Shown here in pieces: positions 1 to 9,558 of a stretch of DNA of 64,000 nucleotides. The DNA is from Nitrosopumilaceae archaeon (GTDB lineage: Archaea; Thermoproteota; Nitrososphaeria; Nitrososphaerales; Nitrosopumilaceae), in contig JAJEHG010000012.1 in NCBI GenBank assembly GCA_022823825.1, forward strand, positions 34,732-98,731, given 5' to 3'. Within the stretch, counting starts at the first letter, position 1. Each line of letters begins with the position of its first letter. The translations under genes and the position numbers were made by a program. The notes under the pieces are model-generated. The model was given only the letters and a program-made list of their open reading frames with translations. It was not told where the DNA came from and ran no database searches.

Positions 1-2
1 CA

Positions 3-119
3 ATAGATTGTGCGGAATCTGTGGAGGATTGTAGACGAACCAAAGCAATATCAGATCAATACACATCTGTTTACACGATTGCGCCTGACAACATCAGTCA
101 TGGAGGAGATCTGTACTGA
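3..119 (+). CDS. 3' end of an unknown ORF running in from the window edge
   Basis: Open frame [10 protein letters not shown]...GGDLY* ends at TGA 117-119, overlapping the proposed CTG start of hsdM. No recognisable motif. Confidence 0.3.
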   Translation: MDCAESVEDCRRTKAISDQYTSVYTIAPDNISHGGDLY

Positions 120-1771
120 GTGGAAAGCGCAGATCATCTAGTAGGAACGCAGGTGTACAAGAGCTTCAGAGCAAAAAGAGGCGCACGAAGCTTCAAGCAA
201 GTACTGTAGAACCTGCCAAACAAGACAGTTACGTCTTTGAGAACGAGCAGTGGCAGATGGCAAACAATCTGCGAAACAACATGGATGCGGCCGAATACAA
301 GCACGTGGTCTTGGGGCTCATATTCCTAAAGTACATCTCAGATTCGTTTATGGAACAACATGCCAAGATAAAATCCTCCAAATACGGCGATCCGGAGGAC
401 AGAGACGAATATACGTCAGAGAATATCTTCTGGGTTCCCGAGAGAGCGCGCTGGCGAAACATCATGTCCCAAGCCCGCAGCCCTTCCATTGGAAGGATTA
501 TAGATGACGCGATGGGCGCCATCGAACGGAAGAATGCCACACTCAAGGATGTGTTGCCAAAAATATACGGCAGCCTCAGAGTAGACAAATCAGTACTTGG
601 ACAGCTTGTCGATAGGATCAGCAACATTCCCATAGGGGACGAAGAATCACGCTCTGAGGACGTACTCGGGCGTATCTATGAGTATTTTTTGTCCCAGTTT
701 GCAAGCAGCGAGGGCAAGAAGGGTGGAGAGTTCTATACTCCACGTAGCGTGGTCCGGCTACTAGTGGAGATGCTAGAGCCCTACGACGGCAAGGTCTACG
801 ATCCGTGTTGCGGCTCGGCGGGGATGTTCGTCCAGTCAAAAGAGTTCATACGCAGTCATGCCACAAGCAACGGAAACGGTGGCAGGGCCCGCGGGACAAT
901 TCGTGTATACGGCCAGGAATCCAACCATACCACATGGCGGCTGGCCAAGATGAACCTGGCAATACGCGGGATAGAAGGAGATGTGAGACATGGAGACAGC
1001 TTTCATGACGATCAGCACCCTGATCTAAAGGCAGACTTTATCCTGGCCAATCCCCCTTTCAATGTCTCCAAGTGGGGGAGTGAGCGCCTGCAAGAAGACG
1101 TACGCTGGCAGTACGGGATTCCTCCAAAGAACAATGCCAACTTTGCATGGGTGCAACACATGGCCTATCACTTGTCACCTGCCGGAAGAGCTGGGTTCGT
1201 ACTGGCCAACGGCTCCATGTCATCAAATCAGTCCGGCGAAGGCGACATACGTAGAAAATTGATAGAGGCGAATCTTGTAGACTGCATGGTAGCGCTACCG
1301 GGACAGCTCTTTTACTCTACGCAGATACCCGCATGTTTGTGGTTTCTGTCACGTGACCGCGTAGTCCGTCGACGCTCCGCCAAGCATAACAAAGTTTTGT
1401 TTATCGATGCACGTAACATGGGCCGCATGATTGACCGCACTCACCGTGTATTGGATGTGTCGGACATCGACAGGATAGCCAACACATATCATTCATGGCG
1501 CGGAAGCAAAAAGACAAAGTATACGGATGTCCAGGGGTTTTGTAAGAGTGCCACACTGGATGAAATACGCAGACACGATTATGTTCTTACTCCTGGCCGT
1601 TACGTTGGCACCGAAGAGCACTCCGATGACAATGATGAGTCATTTGAGAAAAAAATATTGCGACTGACGTCACAGTGGCACAAGCAACAGTCCGAGGCCC
1701 GAAAGCTTGACAGGGCCATCAACAAAAACATGAAAAGTCTGGGGATCATCTCCACAGGTGATGATGCATGA
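116..1771 (+). CDS. hsdM: Type I R-M methyltransferase subunit HsdM (first ATG at 257; frame open from 89; probable CTG start at 116)
   Basis: [26 protein letters not shown]-terminus, [21 protein letters not shown] (SAM motif), ANPPFN (N6-adenine catalytic motif), [11 protein letters not shown]-terminus. Confidence 0.95.
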   Translation: MSGKRRSSSRNAGVQELQSKKRRTKLQASTVEPAKQDSYVFENEQWQMANNLRNNMDAAEYKHVVLGLIFLKYISDSFMEQHAKIKSSKYGDPEDRDEYTSENIFWVPERARWRNIMSQARSPSIGRIIDDAMGAIERKNATLKDVLPKIYGSLRVDKSVLGQLVDRISNIPIGDEESRSEDVLGRIYEYFLSQFASSEGKKGGEFYTPRSVVRLLVEMLEPYDGKVYDPCCGSAGMFVQSKEFIRSHATSNGNGGRARGTIRVYGQESNHTTWRLAKMNLAIRGIEGDVRHGDSFHDDQHPDLKADFILANPPFNVSKWGSERLQEDVRWQYGIPPKNNANFAWVQHMAYHLSPAGRAGFVLANGSMSSNQSGEGDIRRKLIEANLVDCMVALPGQLFYSTQIPACLWFLSRDRVVRRRSAKHNKVLFIDARNMGRMIDRTHRVLDVSDIDRIANTYHSWRGSKKTKYTDVQGFCKSATLDEIRRHDYVLTPGRYVGTEEHSDDNDESFEKKILRLTSQWHKQQSEARKLDRAINKNMKSLGIISTGDDA

Positions 1772-2199
1772 GTCTTGATCTCACATCTCTGGAGGCTTCG
1801 GTCGTTCAGTTGGAAGAGGCACTTTCTCTGTGTAACAGTGAACTGTACAAGAACAACCCGCTAATGCACAGACATCTTCGCGCCGCTGCCATTCAGGCCT
1901 TTGAATACACTTACGCTATCTCCCTAAAAATGATCATGCGGCATCTAGAAAAAACAACCACACAACCAGATGAGATAAACAATATGTCTTTTAACAATAT
2001 CATACGGGAGGCATTCGGCAAGGATCTTGTCCGGTCTGATGTTGTTGTTTGGCGCAATTACAGAAAGCAACGCGGAATTACCAGCCATACGTATGACGAA
2101 GAAAAGGCGCAGATGATATTTGAGTCAATACCGGATTTTTTAAAAGAAGCTCAATACGTATTAGCTCGATTGCAGGAAAGGAATAATTCACTTGACTAA
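1768..2199 (+). CDS. HEPN-domain protein (HI0074/nucleotidyltransferase substrate-binding family), putative RNase toxin
   Basis: [10 protein letters not shown] helix and intact RX4HXY motif (RGITSHTY). ATGA overlap with hsdM stop. Confidence 0.9.
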   Translation: MSLDLTSLEASVVQLEEALSLCNSELYKNNPLMHRHLRAAAIQAFEYTYAISLKMIMRHLEKTTTQPDEINNMSFNNIIREAFGKDLVRSDVVVWRNYRKQRGITSHTYDEEKAQMIFESIPDFLKEAQYVLARLQERNNSLD

Positions 2200-3796
2200 C
2201 CCGATCGACATATCACCAATTCATCGGAAGATCATATGCGGCATTCTGAGCAAACATTTGCCATCCAGTGTCAATGTGTGGGTATTTGGGAGTAGGGCAG
2301 ACTGGACTACAAAAAACTCTTCTGATCTAGATCTTGCACTAGAAGGTGAATCTAAAATGGACTACAAAATAATAAGAATTTTGGAAGATGCGTTTGAAGA
2401 TTCCGATCTTCCATATACAGTGGATATCATAGATATGAATACCATTAACCACAAGTTTAAACAAATTGTCAGTAAGCAAATGATACCGTTATCTATAGGA
2501 AACAATGCAAACAATACTACCGACCAATGGCGCAAAATTCAGTTTGGAAATTGTGCGGAGCTTATACGCGACACAACATCACCAATAAATTTAGCAGATA
2601 CACCATATGTAGGCTTGGAGCATATAGGCGAAGGTACTCTATCTCTTATTGGTTGCGGTACTGCAAAAGATGTTACCAGTGCTAAAACATACTTTCGATC
2701 AGGAGACATACTTTTTGGAAAGTTGCGGCCATATTTTCGTAAAGTAATTCATGTGGATTTTAACGGTATATGCTCAACGGATATTTGGGTAATAAGACCA
2801 ACTAAGGGAATTAATGCGGATTTTTTGTTTTATATAGTAGCTTCAATGGAATTTGTAAATTTTGCAATGCAGGGTTCAATAGGTACAAAGATGCCACGCG
2901 CAAAATGGGAATGGGTTTCACGATATAATGTAAATATTCCACATGTTAGTAAACAGCAAAACATAGCCAATATTTTAAAAATATTAGATAATAAAATTAA
3001 ACTAAACAAACGTATGAGGCAGACATTGGAAGAAATCTCCCGTGCTCTGTTAAAGTTGTGGTTTGTGGATTTTGAGCCGATCCGTGCCAAGATGGATGGC
3101 CGCTGGAAACATGGAAAATCTCTTCCGGGCCTACCTGCGCATCTCTATGACTTATTTCCCGATAATCTAACGGATTCAAAATTCGGTGAAATTCCAGAAG
3201 GGTGGACCATAAAGGATTTAACTTACTATTCCACGCTTAATCCAGAGTCATGGTCACGGACAAAAGCTCCTAAAGTAATTGAATATGTGGATCTTTCAAA
3301 TACCAAATTTGGTACAATTCATTCAACACAGCATTACATATGGAATGATGCACCAAGTAGAGCTCAACGAGTTTTACGATTGGGAGATACAATAATAGGG
3401 ACTGTCAGACCGGGAAATAACTCCTATGCATTAGTTGGCAGAAACAGACTTACTGGCAGTACAGGATTTGCAGTACTTCGCCCTAGACATGACCGATACA
3501 GGGAATTTGTATATCTTGCAAGTACTAATTCACAAAATATTAAACGTTTAGCTCATCATGCCGACGGTGCTGCATATCCTGCAGTTAGTCCAGAAATAAT
3601 CATGAATACATCTGTTGCATCTTCTAATGACAATGTATTAGATCAGTTTTCTTATATGGTTTCACCTCTTATAAATAAGATATTAAAAATGGATACTGAA
3701 GCTCATATTTTATCAAATTTACGAGATGTATTATTGCCAAAACTAATGTCAGGAGAACTACAATTGCCATTATCTACTCACAGGAGCAAAAAATGA
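2192..3796 (+). CDS. hsdS: Fusion of minimal nucleotidyltransferase (MNT antitoxin, aa ~1-100) and Type I R-M specificity subunit HsdS (two TRDs)
   Basis: N-terminal VWVFGSRADWTTKNSSDLDLAL (GSX10DXD) and LPYTVDIID; then GDILFGKLRPY, LDNKIKLN..LEE..RALLKLWFVDF, GEIPEGW and LRDVLLPKLMSGEL HsdS conserved regions. Low GC. Confidence 0.92.
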   Translation: MTNPIDISPIHRKIICGILSKHLPSSVNVWVFGSRADWTTKNSSDLDLALEGESKMDYKIIRILEDAFEDSDLPYTVDIIDMNTINHKFKQIVSKQMIPLSIGNNANNTTDQWRKIQFGNCAELIRDTTSPINLADTPYVGLEHIGEGTLSLIGCGTAKDVTSAKTYFRSGDILFGKLRPYFRKVIHVDFNGICSTDIWVIRPTKGINADFLFYIVASMEFVNFAMQGSIGTKMPRAKWEWVSRYNVNIPHVSKQQNIANILKILDNKIKLNKRMRQTLEEISRALLKLWFVDFEPIRAKMDGRWKHGKSLPGLPAHLYDLFPDNLTDSKFGEIPEGWTIKDLTYYSTLNPESWSRTKAPKVIEYVDLSNTKFGTIHSTQHYIWNDAPSRAQRVLRLGDTIIGTVRPGNNSYALVGRNRLTGSTGFAVLRPRHDRYREFVYLASTNSQNIKRLAHHADGAAYPAVSPEIIMNTSVASSNDNVLDQFSYMVSPLINKILKMDTEAHILSNLRDVLLPKLMSGELQLPLSTHRSKK

Positions 3797-3948
3797 CAGG
3801 GATCAGTGAATCAGAGATCGAAGAACAGACACTTGAATGGCTGTCGGAGATTGGATGGAGTATTCTGCATGGACATGACATTGATACCAATAGGCCGATG
3901 AAAGAACGCGACAATATTGAACAGATTGTAGAGGTTGGTACCGAATAG
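3793..3948 (+). pseudogene. hsdR: hsdR 5' stub (46 native codons) truncated by IS
   Basis: MTGISESEIEEQTLEWLSEIGWSILHGHDI...ERDNIEQIV resembles Type I HsdR N-termini. ATGA overlap with hsdS; frame runs into the IS left TIR at 3931 and stops at 3946-3948. Confidence 0.85.
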
Positions 3949-5507
3949 CCCGAAAGTGCCATATCCGGGCTGAATCTGTGTCCCGTCTGTTGTCCTGTTT
4001 TGCCGGCTCGAAATAGAAATATATGAATATAATCGCATCCAAAAAATGAAAAAGTATCTGCGCGCAAACGGAAGAAATATAAGATCACACCCAAATTGGT
4101 TCGTTAGCAACAATGAAATCCAATAGGGGTGCAATATTTTACAGGAATACCGTGTTTATGAATTTGTCGATGCGCGTGCAAGAATAACATTCGGATTTGC
4201 GGCAGGGAAAAACCATTCGATGGTTTATTTCGGATCCGGGGCGCCCGGTGGAAAATTCATTTGTGCAATTAATTCCACCGGGTTGGATGCGCCCGTCACG
4301 GGACCGGCCGAGCCATCCGCAACTGTTCGCGGCCGTATGAAAGGAGGAGGGGGCGTGCGGAATGACTGAAGAACACAACAGGCGCCCCGGTTATTGGCGG
4401 TATTATGAGCTGGCCGAAAAGACGATGGATTCGTTCATGGATGCATCCCTGCTCGATCTGCTGCGCGATCATCCGCATCCCGCGCGCAGGACGTCCGCGC
4501 TCGGCACCAAGCCGACGCACTCGGAGGAAAAGCTCGACTTTGCGTGCCTGGACATGACGTCCGAAAACGATCCGTACCGCTCGGCCTCCCGCGGGCTGCA
4601 GCGCATGAGGCACGTCTGGGACGAGCCGGTTCCGACGCACAAGACGCTGGTCGAGCACATGCAGACCGTGGACACGGACTGGCTGGACTTTATGGTTGCA
4701 AAAACGGCGTTTCTATGCCTGAAAGAGCTCGCAATATGCGGGGCCACTGCCCCGCTGGGCGCCGACAGCAGCGGGATCGAGACTGCGAGGTATGAATACG
4801 CCGAGGCGCCGGAGACCACCCTGGATGATTTTTTGCCCGCGGACGAGGAGCGGCCCAGGCGCAAGGAGTACCTGAAATACCACATCACGGCCGTGCTCGG
4901 CCACCAGGTCATACTCACCGCGATTACAACCCCCGGCAGCGTCCACGACAGCAAAATGCTGCCAGTCATGCTCAAAAAGCTCAAAAGGTTCGGGTTTGAC
5001 TTTTCCGGCAGGTACTTCAACGCGGATCGCGGATACGACTCGGATGAAAACTCCCGGGAGATATTCGAAAGCGGCATGCTCCCAAACATCAGGCAGCGGG
5101 AGTACCGGAGCCGGCGGGGCGCCCCGCCGCCAAACCCCGCGAAAACATACAGGGAGCTGGCCGCGGGAATGTTCAACCCCGCCGAATACAAGCAGAGGTC
5201 GTTTATCGAGGCAATATTCGGGGCCGAGGAGGTGAATCGCCACCAGCTGCACTGCAGGTTCCTCTTGGAGGAGAACAAAAACAGGTTTTCCAAATTCCGC
5301 GCCATCGCGTGGAATCTGAGGGCGCTGCACCGGTTCCGGTGCGCCAACGAGCTCGGAATTCCAATACCGTCGTACGGCGTTTCAAGGGATGACAAATGCA
5401 CAGATAATCAGGATTTATTGGCTCCGTCCATCCCTATAAATTAGATCATATTAATCTGCCAGTTGGCTGGGCTGGCACGACGAATATCGTCATTCGGTAC
5501 CAACCTC
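3931..5507 (+). mobile_element. IS element (IS5/IS4-like DDE), 1577 bp
   Basis: Perfect 16-bp terminal inverted repeats GAGGTTGGTACCGAAT (3931-3946) and ATTCGGTACCAACCTC (5492-5507) enclose a DDE transposase. No flanking direct repeat. Confidence 0.9.
4362..5444 (+). CDS. DDE transposase (IS5/IS4 superfamily)
   Basis: ADSSGI, YLKYHI, HDSKML, ADRGYDS and YKQRSFIEAIFG (YREK-like) motifs. Confidence 0.9.
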   Translation: MTEEHNRRPGYWRYYELAEKTMDSFMDASLLDLLRDHPHPARRTSALGTKPTHSEEKLDFACLDMTSENDPYRSASRGLQRMRHVWDEPVPTHKTLVEHMQTVDTDWLDFMVAKTAFLCLKELAICGATAPLGADSSGIETARYEYAEAPETTLDDFLPADEERPRRKEYLKYHITAVLGHQVILTAITTPGSVHDSKMLPVMLKKLKRFGFDFSGRYFNADRGYDSDENSREIFESGMLPNIRQREYRSRRGAPPPNPAKTYRELAAGMFNPAEYKQRSFIEAIFGAEEVNRHQLHCRFLLEENKNRFSKFRAIAWNLRALHRFRCANELGIPIPSYGVSRDDKCTDNQDLLAPSIPIN

Positions 5508-6746
5508 CCAAACGACTACAATGTGGGCATTGGCCTGTCGTGCGACAGGCCGAATCTGTCGACCGTTTCCAGCGATAAAGTGGCAGTTGCCATCGGCAAC
5601 ATTGCCGCACAGTGTGTCATAGATGGGCGCGTGAACGACGGCTTTAACCAGCCCCTTGATGGGACGACGAACCTTATGTTCGTGGACACGACCGGTTACA
5701 AGCCGGTCAACTCTCCCGACAACTTGGTGGATCTGTCAAGATGGCAGCCGTTGACGTCGACCACCAGCGATGGGCTGGTACTCACGCAGCAGTTCATCAC
5801 CCCGCAGTGGGCCAACACAGTGCCGTACAGTATTGACGACCCGCGCCAATACCGCGCCAATCCGCCCGTAAAGAGCGACTATTACTCAAACGGGGGGGAC
5901 TACAGGGCGCAGGCATGGGAGGTAGTGCGTGAAGCTGCGAACTTGGATGACAGAAAGAAGATGCTGGCCGAATACTTTGACAACAAGGCTCGCGAGACAC
6001 TGTTCTTCCCGGCAGTGGAGGCGGTGCCAAAAAGTGACATGCGTGATCTTGTCGTGACCAACTCGTGCCCGCCGCCCCATACCGAGTGCATGAACACTCG
6101 GGACTTTTGGCAGCTGGACTTTATGCTGCACATTGCGCAGTTTGACGCGGGCATTGTCGTGTGGCAAGAAAAGGCCCGGTATGACGCCGTACGGCCGACA
6201 ATTGCAATCCGGAACGCATTAGCCGACGAGACGGTTACTACATTTGACGGTAGAACGGTTCAGGGAAGTGAGTGGTCGCCCTACCTGAAGAAGGGCGACC
6301 ATCCAGAGTATCCATCTGCTACGACTTGCTTCTGCGCAGCCCAAGCGGAGGCATGGAAGAGGTACCACGGCGGCAGCGATACCATTCCCGACGTCAACGG
6401 GAATGGCCTCCCCGATGACTTGGCCGGCATGCTGCGCAAAGGAACTTCGATACATGAGCCCGGCATAACGCCGAGGGTTGACCTATCCATCTCATTTGCA
6501 ACGTGGAGCGAATACAAAAAGACTTGCGCCGACAGTCGCGTGTGGGGCGGCGTGCACTTTAGGGACGCTGTAGATGCGTCAATGGACCTCTGCGGCGATA
6601 TAGGTAGAGTTGCATACGAATACTTCGACACACTGCTGGATGGAACCGCTGAACTCAAGCAACCTGCCTTGATGGGACTGGCGCCGGATCCAAGGCTTGA
6701 CGAGCCACACTTTACTGTCGCCGGTAAGACGCTGGCTTGCAGATAG
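5463..6746 (+). CDS. Vanadium-dependent haloperoxidase/PAP2-superfamily protein, 5'-truncated at IS end (native part from 5508)
   Basis: KARYDAVRP (KX6RP), HPEYPSA, SRVWGGVHF; upstream GNIAA..R.NDGFNQ and RWQPL..QQFITPQW segments. First 15 codons are IS-derived. Confidence 0.8.
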   Translation: MAGLARRISSFGTNLPNDYNVGIGLSCDRPNLSTVSSDKVAVAIGNIAAQCVIDGRVNDGFNQPLDGTTNLMFVDTTGYKPVNSPDNLVDLSRWQPLTSTTSDGLVLTQQFITPQWANTVPYSIDDPRQYRANPPVKSDYYSNGGDYRAQAWEVVREAANLDDRKKMLAEYFDNKARETLFFPAVEAVPKSDMRDLVVTNSCPPPHTECMNTRDFWQLDFMLHIAQFDAGIVVWQEKARYDAVRPTIAIRNALADETVTTFDGRTVQGSEWSPYLKKGDHPEYPSATTCFCAAQAEAWKRYHGGSDTIPDVNGNGLPDDLAGMLRKGTSIHEPGITPRVDLSISFATWSEYKKTCADSRVWGGVHFRDAVDASMDLCGDIGRVAYEYFDTLLDGTAELKQPALMGLAPDPRLDEPHFTVAGKTLACR

Positions 6747-6830
6747 CTCTTGCGTTACTGGCAGCCGGTCGGTTGCTTGTCAGAGCATAATGGCAAGCGC
6801 CGCCAGAGCCGCGCGCCGCCAGGACCGGCG

Positions 6831-7385
6831 TCAGGCCGCCCAAGGCTGCGACTCGAGATAATCTATGTCGCCCATCAGATCGTCAAGCTTCTTGGACGTG
6901 GCCACTACGGAGCGGAACTGCTCGTACATCTCGTACTCCTCCTCCTTTGAGAGTATCTCCGCCTCGGCCCTGTCAAAAAAGTCCTCCTCCTTTGAGAGGT
7001 GGTCGGATATGTATACGGAGTACGCCCTCATATACCGGGCAATGGGCTCGCGCGCGTTCAGGTCGCTCCCCTCCTCCTTCCAGCGCCGCATGTACCGACG
7101 CAGCTGCACCGCGACGCGCCTGGAGAACTCGTGCTCTACCAGCAGCACGTGCATCTCGCGCCTCAGGTGGTCGTAGCTTGCGACGCACGGAAAGTACGAG
7201 TCCTCCTCCCGGGAGTAATGCACGGCGTCAAGAAACTCCTCCATTACGCGCGCAATCTTTTCAACGTCGCCGAGCGGGACGTCCCCGCCGCCGTATAACG
7301 CGGTATAGCACTTTGTGACTATGCTGTCGAACCTGCGCACCTGTATGTGGTCACGCCGCAGCTCCTCCGTCGCGCTCAACGTCAC
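6831..7385 (-). CDS. Hemerythrin/HHE cation-binding domain protein
   Basis: LRRDH, HYSREEDSYFP, EH, HLSKEEDFF motifs. Confidence 0.85.
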   Translation of the reverse strand: MTLSATEELRRDHIQVRRFDSIVTKCYTALYGGGDVPLGDVEKIARVMEEFLDAVHYSREEDSYFPCVASYDHLRREMHVLLVEHEFSRRVAVQLRRYMRRWKEEGSDLNAREPIARYMRAYSVYISDHLSKEEDFFDRAEAEILSKEEEYEMYEQFRSVVATSKKLDDLMGDIDYLESQPWAA

Positions 7386-7468
7386 GCGCGGCGCAGTCGG
7401 GGCTTAATAATGATCGGGTGGCGCCGCCGCGCGCGCCGGGACGATAAAGAAAAACTCGGGTGGCGGAG

Positions 7469-8371
7469 TCAGAGATCAAGCGAATCCTTGAGCCCCTTGT
7501 ACCTGTTCCGTATGGTAACCTCTGTCACGTTTGCCGACTCTGCTATGTCGCGCTGGGTCTTGTCCTCCCCGTTCTTGACGCACGACAGGTACAGCGCCGC
7601 GGCCGCAAGCCCCATCGGATCCTTGCCGGCGGAGACCTCGTTCTCCTGCGCCTTTTTGAGGACTTTTATTGCGTACCTCTTCGTCTTCTCCTCTATCCCG
7701 ATCCTGCTTGCAATCCTTGCAACGCACTGGATCGAGTCCGTGACGGGCATCCTCAGGTCGAGCTCCTTGACAAGCAGCCGGTAGCACCTCGCGATGTCCT
7801 TGCGCTTGATGTTGGCGGCCTGTTCCACGTCCTTGAGGTTTCGCGGCGTGGCGGTCTCCCTGCATGCCGCGTACAGGGCGGATGCCATCAGGGCCGATAT
7901 GGAACGGCCCCGCACAAGCCCCTTGTCGAGCGCCTTTCTGTATATGTAGGCGGCCTTCTCGATCACGGGATCCGAGATTGCCATCTTGTCCTTTAGCCGG
8001 TTGAGCTCGCTGAACGCCTGCCTGAAGTTGCGATCAACCGGCTCGTGCACCTGGCTGCGGCTGTCCCACGTACGGAGCCGCTCTATGGTACTCTTCATGG
8101 TCGCGGCAAGCGGGCGCCCGGAGGCGTCCTTGTTTAGAGGATTGATGATGGTGGCAAGCCCCATGTCATGCATTGTCAGCGAGGTCGGGGCCCCGGCCCT
8201 TGCACGATCACCGTGCTCGTCCTGGGCAAACGAGCGCCACTCAGGGCCCGACTCCTGCAGCTTTTCAGATACCACGTAGCCGCAGGTGGAGCAGAACATC
8301 TCTCCAGACTCGTTGTCGGTGACCATGACGCCCTTGCACCTGTTACACAGATCTTTTGATACACTTACCAT
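7469..8371 (-). CDS. tfb: Transcription initiation factor IIB
   Basis: Zn ribbon CNRC...CSTCG, GPEWRSF, two cyclin repeats, VTEVTIRNRY. Start trimmed to MVSVSKDLC. Confidence 0.96.
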   Translation of the reverse strand: MVSVSKDLCNRCKGVMVTDNESGEMFCSTCGYVVSEKLQESGPEWRSFAQDEHGDRARAGAPTSLTMHDMGLATIINPLNKDASGRPLAATMKSTIERLRTWDSRSQVHEPVDRNFRQAFSELNRLKDKMAISDPVIEKAAYIYRKALDKGLVRGRSISALMASALYAACRETATPRNLKDVEQAANIKRKDIARCYRLLVKELDLRMPVTDSIQCVARIASRIGIEEKTKRYAIKVLKKAQENEVSAGKDPMGLAAAALYLSCVKNGEDKTQRDIAESANVTEVTIRNRYKGLKDSLDL

Positions 8372-8532
8372 GGCTATTAACCTCAAAAAGTGGTCTTTAT
8401 TAATCATGAACTCATTGCGGCGTCCTACCGTGGCGTTACAGGCACGCACATGCCAAGACGCCTGCGCGGCCGCGGGCGCGGACGGGAACCTGCGGGCAGT
8501 GTATTATTATCAAAGCGCCCCCATAAGGAGGC

Positions 8533-9540
8533 ATGAGGGATCGGTTGCCGCCGCCGTGGCCCGCCGGCCGGATCCCGGCCGGCATGCTGGCACTCGTGGT
8601 GGTGGCAGTGGCCGTCGCATATGCGGGAGCGTCCGCGCCGCACGCGGCACACGCAGAGGCGGGATCCCTCGTGGATGCGCACTCCGTCGAGGGCGGAATA
8701 AACATAGAGATAACATATCCTGACGGCCTGGTCGCGGGAAGGGAGGGAACCGTCTCCATCCTCGTCAAGAACAACGGCTGGGAGGACAAGCAGGACATCT
8801 CCTTTGAGGTGTCGCTGTCCGACGACAGGGCAGTCGGCGCCGACCCCCCCGACGCCCTAGCCATAGGGCGGCTGGCCGAGGGCGGCTCGTACGGCAAGAG
8901 CATTGCCATATCCGCGGCCGACGACGCGGGCCCCGGCACGCACTACCTGAACCTGCGTTACACGCACGTCCTGGTTGCAAACAACGAGGAGCCCCAGGCG
9001 CCGTTCTTTTACGACATAGCGGTTCCGATCAAGATAAAGGGAGACGCGAGCGTCAGCATCCGCACGCAGATGCCAGAGTCGATATTCGGCAACGCCGAGT
9101 TCCCAATTACGGTCGAGGTCTTATCAAACGACATTGATCTCAGGGACGTACGGATCAGGATAATACCGCCGTCGGACATCGAGTTCCGGGGCGAGACACT
9201 GCACGCGTTCTCAAAGATAGAGAGGGGGGTGCCCGTCAGCATAACCTCGAGAATAGTCACGCCGGCAGAGGAGGTACCCACGGAGTACAAGCTGCCGTTT
9301 GAGATTACGGTCCAGTACGTGGACGACGTAGGGGAGGAAAAGTCCGACGCGCAGACCGTGTCGGCGGTGCTGCGGCCCAGGATGTTCATGGAGCTTACAG
9401 CCGAGGGGGGCATATGGCTTGGGAGCATCTTCATCGCGCCCTACGTGAGCATAGGCACGATAGCGGGGATCCCCGCGGGCGCGGTCATCTCAATACTGCT
9501 AAAGCGGAGGTTCGGCGGGGACGGGGGGCGCAAAAGGTAA
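8533..9540 (+). CDS. Secreted, C-terminally anchored Ig-like/S-layer-domain (COG1361-like) protein
   Basis: Signal peptide (LALVVVAVAVAYAGASA), beta-rich body, C-terminal TM followed by basic tail. Confidence 0.7.
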   Translation: MRDRLPPPWPAGRIPAGMLALVVVAVAVAYAGASAPHAAHAEAGSLVDAHSVEGGINIEITYPDGLVAGREGTVSILVKNNGWEDKQDISFEVSLSDDRAVGADPPDALAIGRLAEGGSYGKSIAISAADDAGPGTHYLNLRYTHVLVANNEEPQAPFFYDIAVPIKIKGDASVSIRTQMPESIFGNAEFPITVEVLSNDIDLRDVRIRIIPPSDIEFRGETLHAFSKIERGVPVSITSRIVTPAEEVPTEYKLPFEITVQYVDDVGEEKSDAQTVSAVLRPRMFMELTAEGGIWLGSIFIAPYVSIGTIAGIPAGAVISILLKRRFGGDGGRKR

Positions 9541-9558
9541 CGGGGCCGGGAGCGGCCG

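Noticed and set aside
3931..5507. RNA-guided transposon (TnpB/IscB/IS110)
   Set aside because: The transposase is a classical DDE enzyme with TIRs; no RuvC or DEDD protein is encoded
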